Positions 9,694-19,657 of a stretch of 64,000 bases of DNA are shown one piece after another; the first letter of the stretch is position 1, and the number at the start of each line of letters is the position of its first letter. This DNA is from Minisyncoccota bacterium (lineage in GTDB: Bacteria > Patescibacteriota > Minisyncoccia > Phycocordibacterales > UBA2100), in contig OZ253947.1 in assembly GCA_965267345.1 (NCBI GenBank), positions 72,662-136,661 on the forward strand. The letters run 5' to 3'. The notes beneath the pieces were generated by a model that ran no database searches, was not told the DNA's origin, and saw only the letters and a list, made by a program, of their open reading frames with translations. The position numbers and the translations under genes are program-made.

Positions 9694-11082
9694 TATCGAC
9701 GGGCACAGCTGTTTGTGATGATTGGGTGCGTATTTGCGCTTGGTGCGCTGCCCGTACACGCACAAACGCTTAACACTGACGACATTTTCGCACGCATCAA
9801 TCAATTGCTCGCTCGGGTACAGACACTGCAAGCTGAGCTCAGTGCGCTGCAGGGCAATCAGGCGCAGGGGCCAGTGCAGGGCACCTTCGCCACACCATCA
9901 CCGCACGACACGCCGCGTGTGGAAGTTTGCACACAGACACTCAGCAGCACGCTCGGCTACGGCGATCGCGGCCAGAGTGTTACCGCACTCCAGCAGTATC
10001 TTCGCGGTACGGGCGACTATACCTATCCTGAAATCACCGGGTACTACGGATCGGTAACGCAAGAAGCAGTGCAGCGGTGGCAGGCGCGCCGCGGGATTGT
10101 GGCATCAGGCACACCCGCAACAACCGGCTACGGCCGCGTCGGTCCGCAGACACGCGCGGCAATCAATAGCGACTGCGGTGACATTGTGCGCGATCCTGTA
10201 CTGTCGCGTCCACTTGTGGTGACACCTGAGATCGGACAGGTACCGCTCGACGTCGTGACGACATTCTCTGTTGCCGGTTCATCGTGCGCTTCTTACGCAC
10301 TCGACTGGGGTGACGGAACCCCCGCACTTGCGTTTGATGCAGGCGTTGGCGACACCTGCACGCGTGACATTGCGCACAAACGCGCGACACACACCTATGC
10401 CAATGGCGGAGTGTACCGTGTGACACTCCGTGCCACACAGGGCCCACTCGCAACTGCCGGCCTCGTTGGCGAAACATTCGTATCAGTCGGCGCACCGGCT
10501 CCTGGCGGTATTTCACTGTCACCAACGTCGGGACTCACACCATTTACCACAAGCGTGACCTTTCCCGTGCAAGGGTCGCAGTGTACCTCGTATCGGGTGA
10601 ATTGGGACGACGGGGTGCGCGATGAGTACGAGGCAACCAGTACCGTTTGCAATGCAAAGACGGGCACACAAGCTGTCTCGCACACCTATACTAATCCCGG
10701 AACGTACAACGTGACGTTGCAGGTTGGCCAAGCACCACTGAGCGCACTGCCGGTGCAGCAGGAGTGGGAAGTTGTGGTCAACGACGGACGCGTCGGGAGT
10801 GCGGGCGTTGATGTCGCACCAACGCGCGGCACGGCGCCGCTTGATGTTTCCGTGCGCATTTACGGCGAAGGAAAGGCATGCCAGTCATACGGCGTGCAGT
10901 GGGGCGACGGGAGTGACGGCGAGTACTACGATGCCGGCACCACGCCATGCAATGACACATACTTTAACTACACGCTACGCCACACGTACACACAAGCAGG
11001 GCGCTACCTGCTGTCAGTGGCGACCGGACGCGACGCACTCGGCAACCTCACGTCGGTGCCATACGTCGTGGTCGTTGAGTAA
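9694..11082 (+). CDS. paralogous secreted protein with coiled coil, peptidoglycan-binding domain and four PKD-like repeats
   Basis: Same architecture as the upstream gene (YALDWGDGTPA..., YRVNWDDGVRD..., YGVQWGDGSDGE... each followed by HTYxxxGxY). Starts 5 nt after the previous stop. Confidence 0.75.
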   Translation, partial: YRRAQLFVMIGCVFALGALPVHAQTLNTDDIFARINQLLARVQTLQAELSALQGNQAQGPVQGTFATPSPHDTPRVEVCTQTLSSTLGYGDRGQSVTALQQYLRGTGDYTYPEITGYYGSVTQEAVQRWQARRGIVASGTPATTGYGRVGPQTRAAINSDCGDIVRDPVLSRPLVVTPEIGQVPLDVVTTFSVAGSSCASYALDWGDGTPALAFDAGVGDTCTRDIAHKRATHTYANGGVYRVTLRATQGPLATAGLVGETFVSVGAPAPGGISLSPTSGLTPFTTSVTFPVQGSQCTSYRVNWDDGVRDEYEATSTVCNAKTGTQAVSHTYTNPGTYNVTLQVGQAPLSALPVQQEWEVVVNDGRVGSAGVDVAPTRGTAPLDVSVRIYGEGKACQSYGVQWGDGSDGEYYDAGTTPCNDTYFNYTLRHTYTQAGRYLLSVATGRDALGNLTSVPYVVVVE

Positions 11083-11083
11083 G

Positions 11084-13222
11084 CTACTCCATGTGTAGCG
11101 TTGCGGCGCGCTGTGCAACGCGATGCAGTAGCGCGGGATACGCCACAAGCGAGGCGTCCGTCTCGATGATGCGCGTTGCGTCAGTGCGCGCCGCTTCAAC
11201 CATTTTTAGATTCTGCAGTGCTTGCATGCCCATGTCAGAGATACCCCACTGTGAGCTTCCCGCAAGCTCGCCCGGCCCGCGCAGTTTCAAGTCTTCCTCG
11301 GCGAGTGCAAAGCCGTCGGCGGCCTGTTCAAGTGCACGCAAGCGGGTGAGCGACGTATCATTTTTTGACTCTGAAAATAAATAGCAGTACGGTTGATGGT
11401 GTGAGCGTTGGACGCGTCCGCGCAGCTGGTGCAGCTGTGAGAGGCCGAATCGCTCAGCGCCTTCAATGATAATGATCGTTGCATTTGGTACGTTTACACC
11501 CACTTCAATCACCGACGTCGCCACGAGTACGTCAACCGCGCCGTCGGCAAAGCGCTGCATTGCAGCGTCTTTTTCTTGCGGGGTCATCTTTCCGTGCAGT
11601 GTGCCGACGACATAGTCTTTAAATGGCCCCTTTTGCAGACGCGCCGCCTCGGCGGTGACCGATTTTGCGCGGAGGGCGAGTGCCTTTGTCGGGTCAGGTT
11701 CGTCGATACGCGGGCAGATCACGTACGCCTGCCGGCCGCTGTGCAGTTCGCTGCGCACGGCGGCGTATACCTCGTCGCGCTTTGACGGCGCAACGACCTT
11801 TGTGTGTATTGGTTTGCGTCCCGCCGGCCGCTCATCGAGCAGTGAAATGTCCAAGTCGCCGTAGATAGTTAGGGCGAGTGTGCGCGGAATGGGAGTGGCC
11901 GTCATCGACAGTAGATGCGGCGCCGAGTCGTCTTTGTGCGCCAGTGCCTTGCGCTGCTGGGTACCAAAGCGATGCTGCTCGTCAATAATGACGTACGAGA
12001 GATTTTTAAAGGTTACCGTCTTCTGTATCAGTGCGTGGGTGCCGACAATGACGGGGATTTCACCATTGGCAACCCATTTGAGGAGCTGCGCCCGTGATAT
12101 TTTTGTCGGCTTTTCCGGATGTACTTTTGACGGGAATTTTTGACACCCGCTGGACGTAATCAGGGCAATAGGGATCGGGGCACGTTGGAAATGCTCAATG
12201 AGCGACTCGAACTGCTGTTTCGCAAGAATTTCCGTCGGCACCATGTATGCGACTTGCGCGTAGGCATGCTGTTTTCCCGCGAGCGTACCCCGTGCGACGG
12301 CGCAGAGTGTTGCTGCCGCGACCGTTGTTTTCCCCGAGCCAACGTCACCTTCAAGCAGGCGCGACATCGGGTACGGCTTTTCCAAATCAGCCATAATATG
12401 CTCAATCGCGCGCTGCTGTGCCGTGGTCGGCGTGTACGGCAGTGTCTCCATAAACGATGCCAGTGCGTCGCTGCTGGGGGTGACTGCCGGCGCTTTTAGC
12501 TCACGGGTGTCGTGCCGGCTCTTTTGATGGGCGAGCTGGATGATGAAGACCTCTTCAAATGAAAATCGTTTGCGCGCCGCGGCTTCGTCACGCGAACTCT
12601 GTGGCATGTGGATCCACACGAGGGCGCTGGCAAGTGAGGGGAGCGTGTATCGTGCGCAGACCTCGGCCGGAAGCGCATCTTCCATACGTTCGTGTACTCC
12701 GTCGGCAAGTATTTTGCGCAGAGCATGGTAGAACCACCGGCTCGTGATGCCGCTGCTCTCGGGATAGACGGGAAAGAGTCTTGCTTCGGGGCTCGTATCT
12801 TCGAGCATGTCGGGCAGTCCGGGCATAGCTTCGACGGTGGGGTTGGCGAAATACACACCGCGCGTACCCGTTGCTTTACCCGTGACTTTGACGAAGCGCA
12901 CGTGCTCGAGCATGCGCGCGACGTACGGCTGGTTGAACCACCGCACGCGAATGCTTCCCGTTGCGTCTTTGAGCGTTGCCTCGATAACGTACTTTTTCGT
13001 CCGCCACGAAAGCGTCTTTTTAAAATCAGTCAGTTCGCCATAGACGGTGACCACTTCGTTCGGAACGATGTTGGCAATGTGCGCTGCAGCGCCGACGTCT
13101 TCGTAGCGGTGCGGGAAGTGAAAGAGGAGATCGGCGATGGTGGCGATGTTACGCTTTTCCAGTGCCGCCTGCTGCTGTTTCGTCAGGCGAAAATGTGTCG
13201 TCACTGCGTCCTGTGGGTGCAT
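11084..13222 (-). CDS. recG: ATP-dependent DNA helicase RecG
   Basis: Wedge domain plus SF2 helicase motifs (GDVGSGKT, DEQHRFG); C-terminal end convergent with the PKD gene. Confidence 0.9.
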   Translation of the reverse strand: MHPQDAVTTHFRLTKQQQAALEKRNIATIADLLFHFPHRYEDVGAAAHIANIVPNEVVTVYGELTDFKKTLSWRTKKYVIEATLKDATGSIRVRWFNQPYVARMLEHVRFVKVTGKATGTRGVYFANPTVEAMPGLPDMLEDTSPEARLFPVYPESSGITSRWFYHALRKILADGVHERMEDALPAEVCARYTLPSLASALVWIHMPQSSRDEAAARKRFSFEEVFIIQLAHQKSRHDTRELKAPAVTPSSDALASFMETLPYTPTTAQQRAIEHIMADLEKPYPMSRLLEGDVGSGKTTVAAATLCAVARGTLAGKQHAYAQVAYMVPTEILAKQQFESLIEHFQRAPIPIALITSSGCQKFPSKVHPEKPTKISRAQLLKWVANGEIPVIVGTHALIQKTVTFKNLSYVIIDEQHRFGTQQRKALAHKDDSAPHLLSMTATPIPRTLALTIYGDLDISLLDERPAGRKPIHTKVVAPSKRDEVYAAVRSELHSGRQAYVICPRIDEPDPTKALALRAKSVTAEAARLQKGPFKDYVVGTLHGKMTPQEKDAAMQRFADGAVDVLVATSVIEVGVNVPNATIIIIEGAERFGLSQLHQLRGRVQRSHHQPYCYLFSESKNDTSLTRLRALEQAADGFALAEEDLKLRGPGELAGSSQWGISDMGMQALQNLKMVEAARTDATRIIETDASLVAYPALLHRVAQRAATLHME

Positions 13223-13301
13223 GGAGGCAGTATACGGTATTCCACACACACGAGCACGCAGGCAAGGCCACAGAGGCCGCGTGATATACTGCGCAGTAGA
13301 T

Positions 13302-14522
13302 ATGGCGCAGCAGCATCGCACAGGCACCCTTCGTGATCAGACCCTTGAGCTCTTGATGGCCAATCGGCGTACCTCGGGCGAGTACCAGTACACAGTGCCG
13401 TCGCCCGACTCGTACCCGTACCAGTGGATGTGGGATTCCTGTTTTCACGCGATCGCGCTTTCGCATTTTGATACCGCTGACGCGAAAAAAGAGCTGGAAT
13501 CGCTCTGCGCAAAGCAGTTTGGGAACGGGTTGATCCCGCACATTATTTACTGGGACGGGCCGAAAAAGGGCGTCATCGATTTTGAGTGGGGAACGGGTGG
13601 TACCTCATCAATCACGCAGCCGCCGATGGTGGCGTATGCGGTGTGGGAAATCTACAAGCGCGATGGCGACCGTGCGTTTCTCGAGCGCATGTACCCGAAG
13701 CTCTACCACTTTTACAACTACCTGTTGACCGACCGCGATCCGCGCCGTAACCATCTGGTCAGCATCATTAACCCCGACGAATCGGGTGAAGACGACTCAC
13801 CACGTTTTGACCGCACGGTCGGCCTGCCGCCACGCCACGCGCTCGATGAGAACCTCGCGCGCCGCCTTGAGCTCGTCGAGCAGAATAAGACCTGTGATTT
13901 TGATGCGCCGTTTTGTGTCAAAAAGTTTTTCTGGGTGAAAGACGTGCCATTCAATGCCATTCTCGTGCGCAACCTTGCGGTGATGGGGGACATTGCCGAA
14001 GAGCTCGAGCGGATGGACGAGTCGTTCTATTTTCGCCGGATGCGTCTGCAGGTTGCCGAGGCGATGCGCGACCGCATGCATGCCAACGGACTATTCTGGT
14101 CGCTCTCCGGCGAGTCGTACGAAAAGCTCTATGTGAAAACGTGGGCCATTTTTGCGCCGCTGTTTGCCGGCATCCTCTCGCAGAGCGAAGCACGTGACCT
14201 TGTTGAGCTGCACCTGCGTGACGCCGAGAGTTTCGCCGCACCATTTTCCGTGCCGACGGTTGCCCAGCATGAGCCATCGTACAATCCGAATGGCTTTTGG
14301 CGTGGGCCGGTCTGGATGGCATCAAACTGGTTTATTTTTAAAGGGCTGCTCGACTATGGTTTTGCAGAAGACGCCGCACGTGTGCGCGAACACAGCGAAG
14401 CGCTCATCACACAGTCAGGATTTCGGGAGCGTTTTAATCCCGACACCGGCGCAGGCATCGGCGCGCAGCAGTTCACGTGGGGAGCGCTGGTTATTGATAT
14501 GCAGACGCCTAACGACACCTAA
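13302..14522 (+). CDS. glycoside hydrolase, (alpha/alpha)6-barrel type (GH63/mannosylglycerate-hydrolase-like)
   Basis: YQWMWDSCFHAIAL and FWRGPVWMASNWF motifs typical of six-hairpin glycosidases. Confidence 0.65.
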   Translation: MAQQHRTGTLRDQTLELLMANRRTSGEYQYTVPSPDSYPYQWMWDSCFHAIALSHFDTADAKKELESLCAKQFGNGLIPHIIYWDGPKKGVIDFEWGTGGTSSITQPPMVAYAVWEIYKRDGDRAFLERMYPKLYHFYNYLLTDRDPRRNHLVSIINPDESGEDDSPRFDRTVGLPPRHALDENLARRLELVEQNKTCDFDAPFCVKKFFWVKDVPFNAILVRNLAVMGDIAEELERMDESFYFRRMRLQVAEAMRDRMHANGLFWSLSGESYEKLYVKTWAIFAPLFAGILSQSEARDLVELHLRDAESFAAPFSVPTVAQHEPSYNPNGFWRGPVWMASNWFIFKGLLDYGFAEDAARVREHSEALITQSGFRERFNPDTGAGIGAQQFTWGALVIDMQTPNDT

Positions 14523-15457
14523 TGCGTATGGATCGTTCACACCGCTCCATTATGGATACGTGTACGGTCGGCAGCATGCCTGACTTGGATGTTGCCGTGC
14601 GTGCAGCGCTTGAGCTGTTTGCCGATGTGCCACTGCCAATGCTCGACCTTGGGACGCACCAGCGCCCGTTGGTCGTCGGCAGCGGCAATGCACTCGTGAC
14701 GGGGCGCGTGCTGTTCGACGAGCAAGACGCCATCTTTGCGAGCGAAAGTACGTATCGCAAAAAGCTTCATTTGTTTCCCGTTATTTCAGGCGCGACAATT
14801 ATTTCTGCGTCCGGCGGGAAGCATGCGGCGCCAATTGCCGAGCATCTCGCCGCGCGCAAGCTCGACATACGCTTGTTCACCACCACTGCTGACGCACCGG
14901 CAAGTGCGTTTGTGCCCGAGGGTCAGACGTTTGTATTTCCGAAGAATCGTGAGCCATTCAGCTACAACACGTCAACCTACATGGGCATGCTATTGGCAAA
15001 AACAAAAGAAGACCCGACGGCACTGCACACATTTGTCGGTGACGTGCTAGCGCAGCTTCCCGACACACTCGGTGACTATGATGCTTTTTTCTTTCTCATT
15101 CCCGAGCAATTTGCCCACATGCGTGAGATGTTTATCACAAAGTGCGAAGAGCTGTTCAGTGCACACATTGCCGTGCGTGTGTACACCCACGAGCAGGCAA
15201 AGCACGCACAAACGATTGTGCCGCACGAACGGGAGCTTTTTGTGTCATTTGGTGCAGCAAACGAGCACTTTGGTTTGCACACAATGACGGTGCCGCTTCC
15301 CGAGGAAGTGCATGCCGCAGGCATGATGGCGGTTGGGTACAGTGTCATCGGTGCGATACAGCGAGCACACCCACCGTACTTTAAAGACAACGTGCAGGCG
15401 TACGCACACCATGCCGAGAAACTCTTCGGCCATCCCGTTACTCCTATTGTTGATTAA
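14522..15457 (+). CDS. hypothetical protein (possible SIS-like sugar isomerase fold)
   Basis: Long ORF between the glycosidase and the ROK kinase. VVGSGNA / VISGATIISASGG glycine-rich segments. Family uncertain. Confidence 0.45.
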   Translation: MRMDRSHRSIMDTCTVGSMPDLDVAVRAALELFADVPLPMLDLGTHQRPLVVGSGNALVTGRVLFDEQDAIFASESTYRKKLHLFPVISGATIISASGGKHAAPIAEHLAARKLDIRLFTTTADAPASAFVPEGQTFVFPKNREPFSYNTSTYMGMLLAKTKEDPTALHTFVGDVLAQLPDTLGDYDAFFFLIPEQFAHMREMFITKCEELFSAHIAVRVYTHEQAKHAQTIVPHERELFVSFGAANEHFGLHTMTVPLPEEVHAAGMMAVGYSVIGAIQRAHPPYFKDNVQAYAHHAEKLFGHPVTPIVD

Positions 15458-15459
15458 GT

Positions 15460-16305
15460 ATGTACCTGCTCTACGACATTGGCGGCACCAAAATGCGCAT
15501 CGCGCGGACTGACACCGGTCGCGCATTTCTCGGCGAGCCGGTGGTCATACCGACGCCGCGTACCTACGACGAAGGGTTTGCCGAGGCAGTGAAAGCGGGC
15601 GAGCATCTTGCCGCCGGCGCGCGGATTGACGGCGTGGCTGTCGGTATTGCTGGTGTGCTCGCGCGCGATCGACGCAGCCTCGTCGGGAGTCCGAATCTCA
15701 CTGACTGGGTGGGACGACCGCTCGCGACTCACTTTGAAGATGTCTTTAAAACAACGGTTACGTTTGCCAACGACGCGGCACTCGTCGGCCTTGGTGAAAT
15801 GCACCATGGTGCGGGTGTCGTTGATGGGGTGGGGGCGTACCTAACCATTTCAACCGGTGTCGGTGGCGCACGGTTTGTCGACGGACGTATTGACGAAACA
15901 ACGTTTGGCTTTGAGGTCGGCAAGCAGATTATTGACGCCGACCAGTCGATTTGTCCCGAGTGTTCGAGCCCGTTTCTCGAGGACTACATTTCAGGCAAGG
16001 CAACCGAGGAACGGTGTGGGGTGAAAGCCTACACGATTACCGATGTGCAAATGTGGCAAGACTACGCAAAACTGCTTGCCTGCGGCGTCGCGAATACGGC
16101 GGTGCACTGGTCGCCCGAGCGTATCGTACTCGGCGGCTCGATGATGGTTGGCACACAGGGTCCGACCATCGACATTGCTGCGGTACACACGCACCTTGCC
16201 GAGCTCTTAACGATCTATCCCGAAACGCCTGAATTGCAGTTGGCAGCACTCGGCGATTGCGGTGGACTCTACGGTGCGATGGTGGTGTGTCGCGATGTTG
16301 TATAA
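15460..16305 (+). CDS. ROK family sugar kinase (glucokinase-like)
   Basis: N-terminal YLLYDIGGTKMR and central ROK-like glycine motifs. Confidence 0.8.
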   Translation: MYLLYDIGGTKMRIARTDTGRAFLGEPVVIPTPRTYDEGFAEAVKAGEHLAAGARIDGVAVGIAGVLARDRRSLVGSPNLTDWVGRPLATHFEDVFKTTVTFANDAALVGLGEMHHGAGVVDGVGAYLTISTGVGGARFVDGRIDETTFGFEVGKQIIDADQSICPECSSPFLEDYISGKATEERCGVKAYTITDVQMWQDYAKLLACGVANTAVHWSPERIVLGGSMMVGTQGPTIDIAAVHTHLAELLTIYPETPELQLAALGDCGGLYGAMVVCRDVV

Positions 16306-16334
16306 AACGGCGCGCGACATCTAGTCGCGCGCCG
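16306..16334 (-). terminator. 13 bp GC hairpin (aacggcgcgcgac...gtcgcgcgccgtt), T-run on minus strand
   Basis: Perfect stem immediately 3' of the minus-strand ORF 16335-16691 and 3' of the + strand ROK gene. Confidence 0.6.
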
Positions 16335-16691
16335 TTACGAGTAAGCGCCATTCCGTCGATACGGTTTGGTGCGTACGCATATCGATAATAGCCATGCCAT
16401 AGCGTCGATGCGCGCGTCGAATGACGCCGAAGCGTTCATGACGGCACCCAAACACCGAATGAAGTGAATTCGCTCAACGCGATCTTCAGTCTTCCAGCTC
16501 CATCGGTGCATGTTTGGCTGAATGCCACGGCTGTAAAAGATATCGCACGCACACTGGCGCCACTCTACCCACTCAGTGCCATTGTCGTCGCCAAACCGCC
16601 TGAAACACCATAGTGCAAGTGAGTGTTCATCAATGGCGTTGTCGTATATTGGCGGTAGCTCAACGGGTATCGCGAGTGTACTCAGTATCAT
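16335..16691 (-). CDS. hypothetical protein
   Basis: GGAGG RBS plus ATG; ends at the terminator hairpin. No family recognised. Confidence 0.4.
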   Translation of the reverse strand: MILSTLAIPVELPPIYDNAIDEHSLALWCFRRFGDDNGTEWVEWRQCACDIFYSRGIQPNMHRWSWKTEDRVERIHFIRCLGAVMNASASFDARIDAMAWLLSICVRTKPYRRNGAYS

Positions 16692-16759
16692 TACCATCCT
16701 CCAATGTGCACTCTGTATGTAAGTGAAGCGCAGTCAACAACGGGCGTCAATAGCAAAAG

Positions 16760-16785
16760 AGGCGACCGAAGTCGCCTCTTTTTTA
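16760..16785. terminator. hairpin gaggcgac-cgaa-gtcgcctc followed by T6 (bidirectional)
   Basis: Flanked by AAAA and TTTTTT; lies 3' of the minus-strand gene 16808-17185. Confidence 0.55.
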
Positions 16786-16807
16786 GCACGTTGGTGCGGG
16801 GGAGATG

Positions 16808-17185
16808 TCACGCGACACCGCTCACAATTCTGACCTCGAGTCCTCGCAGTCGCTTGGTCTGTGGGGACTCGAGACCTGCCTTGATGAGATCGGCATCTTC
16901 CTTGGGCAGATCGATGATGGTGACAATTGCCAGCCAAGGCTGACCTTCAGAGCCCTGAATCTTGATGCGGGCGACGACTTTCTCCATGCATGTGTGCATC
17001 TCGGCGCATTCGAGGTCGACATTGAACCGTGTGTGCACTGCGAAACCCTCGCGAGAGAGCTGTTGGGCCATACGCCGCAGCTCTCTTCGGTACGCGTACA
17101 CGTAGTGCCCAGACGCGTCTTCCCAAGTGTCGTGAAGACTCATGCGTGGGGGGATGTCGCCATGCAACAATAGAAATCCAAGCAT
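16808..17185 (-). CDS. hypothetical protein (126 aa)
   Basis: AAAGGAGG RBS with a 6 nt spacer before ATG (MLGFLLLHGD...). Divergent from the gene at 17294. Confidence 0.5.
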   Translation of the reverse strand: MLGFLLLHGDIPPRMSLHDTWEDASGHYVYAYRRELRRMAQQLSREGFAVHTRFNVDLECAEMHTCMEKVVARIKIQGSEGQPWLAIVTIIDLPKEDADLIKAGLESPQTKRLRGLEVRIVSGVA

Positions 17186-17293
17186 GGGTAACCTCCTTTC
17201 ATTAGTCCAAACAAAACGTATCACGGAACGTGCTAGTTTGCCATTGTGTTACAATTAAGCTTTAGACTGCTCTCTATCCAAAAGGAGGTTGTA

Positions 17294-17485
17294 ATGACCA
17301 ATGTAGATTTACCCGAAGGGTTTGAGCTCAACGAGTTTACGCCCGGTGTCATGATCAGTGACGGCTTTAGTCTGTATCTTGAAGCAGACTGCTCCTGTAC
17401 CGAAGTATGGGTCCCCGAACTGCCGTTCTGCCTGCTTCGTGACAACGAAAGTAGGGAGGTAGTCGGGATAATCTGGTGGCATTAA
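17294..17485 (+). CDS. hypothetical small Cys-containing protein (63 aa)
   Basis: AAAGGAGG RBS before ATGACCAATG; contains CSCTE...PFCL. Confidence 0.45.
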   Translation: MTNVDLPEGFELNEFTPGVMISDGFSLYLEADCSCTEVWVPELPFCLLRDNESREVVGIIWWH

Positions 17486-17528
17486 ACACTTCCCACAGGG
17501 CCGTCTAAAGACGGCCCTGTAACCGTAT

Positions 17529-17560
17529 AAACCGCTATTTTGACGTCAAAATAGCGGTTT
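17529..17560. promoter_or_regulatory. 32 bp perfect palindrome AAACCGCTATTTTGACGTCAAAATAGCGGTTT (candidate PadR operator)
   Basis: Seen in sequence about 60 bp upstream of the PadR gene. A second palindrome GGTACCTTGCAAAGCAAGGTACC lies at 17578-17600. Confidence 0.55.
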
Positions 17561-17616
17561 AGAGTATATATCCACAGGTACCTTGCAAAGCAAGGTACCT
17601 GTGCTACACTTTCCGC

Positions 17617-17973
17617 ATGACACGAGTCGATTTCGATGTTGAAAATGCACGCGTGCAGATGCGCAAGGGGCTCTTGGAGTTTCCCATTTTGCTCATCGTC
17701 GCACAGGGCGAAGTGTATGCATCCGACATTTTGGACCAACTCAAGAAAGCAGACCTCATTGTCGTTGAGGGGACACTGTATCCGCTTCTGAGTCGGCTTA
17801 AGAAAAACGGACTCGTTGCATACGTGTGGCGCGAGTCCAAGACAGGACCGCCGCGCAAATACTATACGCTTACCAGTCACGGCGAAGCGGTTCTCATGGA
17901 GCTGCTCAAAACGTGGGACGTACTAAGCAATTCAATTACGAGGCTTAAAAAGAAATATGAAAAAGGTAGTTAA
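17617..17973 (+). CDS. PadR family transcriptional regulator
   Basis: GTLYPLLSRLKKNGLV...GPPRKYYTLT is a winged-helix PadR signature. Confidence 0.85.
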   Translation: MTRVDFDVENARVQMRKGLLEFPILLIVAQGEVYASDILDQLKKADLIVVEGTLYPLLSRLKKNGLVAYVWRESKTGPPRKYYTLTSHGEAVLMELLKTWDVLSNSITRLKKKYEKGS

Positions 17974-19657
17974 CATCACCATAGGCGGCGTTGTCTTTTC
18001 GATAGAGGAGGACGCGTACACGGTACTCTCGCAGTACATCGAGACCGTTCGTGACCACTTTAGTGCGTCTGATGAAGGGCGTGAGATTATTGATGATATT
18101 GAACTTGGTATTGCCGAGAAGTTTAATCGCAAGAAAACCGGTGACGTGATCCGGCTGAGCGATGTCGAGGCGGTGATTGCCGACATGGGCACGGTTGCCG
18201 ATTTTGCGGATGCAGATGACGCAGCTTCCGGTAGTGCTGCCGACGAAGGTGGTGCGGCAAAGCGAAAAAAGAAACTCTATCGCGATGTCGACGATCAGAT
18301 TATCGGTGGTGTCGCGTCAGGTATTGCAGCGTACCTTGGGATTGACACCGTATTTGTTCGACTCCTCTTCGTGCTGTCTATTTTCCTCAACGGGTTTGGT
18401 ATCTTGCTCTATCTGGTGCTCTGGATTGTGATGCCCGCTGCCGAGACGGTGTCACAAAAGCTTGAAATGCAGGGCGACCCCGTCACCTTGCATCAATTTG
18501 AGAAGCTCATTAAAGACAAAATGCCCGTCCGTGAGCAGGAGGTGACCGTGTTCCGTCGTGCACTGCGCCTCCCGTTTGTCGTGATCCGCGGCGTTCTGCG
18601 GGGTGTGCGCATCTTTTTCGCACACATTGGCCCGTTAGCGCGTACGGTTACCGGTGTCGTACTCGTTGCTCTCGGTATTGCGGTGGAACTCGGTGTACTG
18701 ATTGCACTGACGACACTCCACTTCAGCATTAATTCGGGATTGTTTGATCTTCCCGTACGCACTTTTCTCAGTACGGCGGAGTATGTCGTCGGTCTCGCGG
18801 CACTGTGCGCTCTCGGTGTTATTCCTGCAACGCTTATCGTATTGCTCGGGTGTGTGCTGCTGCGCAAGACGAGCAAGCATACTGGTATGGCAGTTGTCGT
18901 ACTCGTTATTGTCTGGATGGGAGCACTCTTTACTGCAGGACACACGCTCTCACGCATTGTTCCGGCGTACCAGCACTACATTGCAACCATGGAGGAGGTG
19001 ACTGACGCACACGAGCTTCCGGCATTTACCGACGTGGTCATCTATTCTGCCGACAACGTCACCATTCAGCAGGGCGATGCGTATGCCATAACGATTGCGG
19101 GTAAAGAGGCGAGTGTGGCACGCCGTACATTTGGCGTCCACAACGGTGTGTTGACGGTGAACAATCAGCGCACGGGCATCTGCATCGGCTGTTTTGATCA
19201 GCGACTCGATATCGTCATCACGACGCCGACTCTGACGGGTGTGACCGCAGCACACAATGCACACATCGTGGCCGATGCACTCGAGACAGGCGCACTTGCG
19301 CTTGATCTCCGACACGGCGCGGAATTGGAAATCGATCTTGTTGCTGAGGCAGTGACCGCACAGCTCGCACACGGCGCAGAGCTTGTGATGGCAGGATCGG
19401 TAGACGAACTGTCTATCAGTGCGTACTACTCATCGACGATTGATACGACGCAATTGGAAAGCGAGCGCACGTTCCTCGATCTTCGCTACTATGGCGATGC
19501 AGACCTCGGGGCAACTGACGTGTTGAATGTTACGGCGTGGAGCAGTAGTGATGTGTACTATGTGGGTGATCCCGAGCTGACGCACGATATCTCAGAGCGT
19601 CAGAGCTCAGGAAGAAGTTTTAGGGGAGAGAAAAAGAGGCCTAAATCACTCATTTGA
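17957..19657 (+). CDS. PspC-domain membrane protein with C-terminal DUF4097/DUF2807-like beta-rich domain
   Basis: LYRDVDDQIIGGVASGIAAYLGIDTVFVRLLFVL is a PspC motif, followed by multiple TM segments. Overlaps the PadR gene by 17 nt. Confidence 0.75.
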   Translation: MKKVVNITIGGVVFSIEEDAYTVLSQYIETVRDHFSASDEGREIIDDIELGIAEKFNRKKTGDVIRLSDVEAVIADMGTVADFADADDAASGSAADEGGAAKRKKKLYRDVDDQIIGGVASGIAAYLGIDTVFVRLLFVLSIFLNGFGILLYLVLWIVMPAAETVSQKLEMQGDPVTLHQFEKLIKDKMPVREQEVTVFRRALRLPFVVIRGVLRGVRIFFAHIGPLARTVTGVVLVALGIAVELGVLIALTTLHFSINSGLFDLPVRTFLSTAEYVVGLAALCALGVIPATLIVLLGCVLLRKTSKHTGMAVVVLVIVWMGALFTAGHTLSRIVPAYQHYIATMEEVTDAHELPAFTDVVIYSADNVTIQQGDAYAITIAGKEASVARRTFGVHNGVLTVNNQRTGICIGCFDQRLDIVITTPTLTGVTAAHNAHIVADALETGALALDLRHGAELEIDLVAEAVTAQLAHGAELVMAGSVDELSISAYYSSTIDTTQLESERTFLDLRYYGDADLGATDVLNVTAWSSSDVYYVGDPELTHDISERQSSGRSFRGEKKRPKSLI

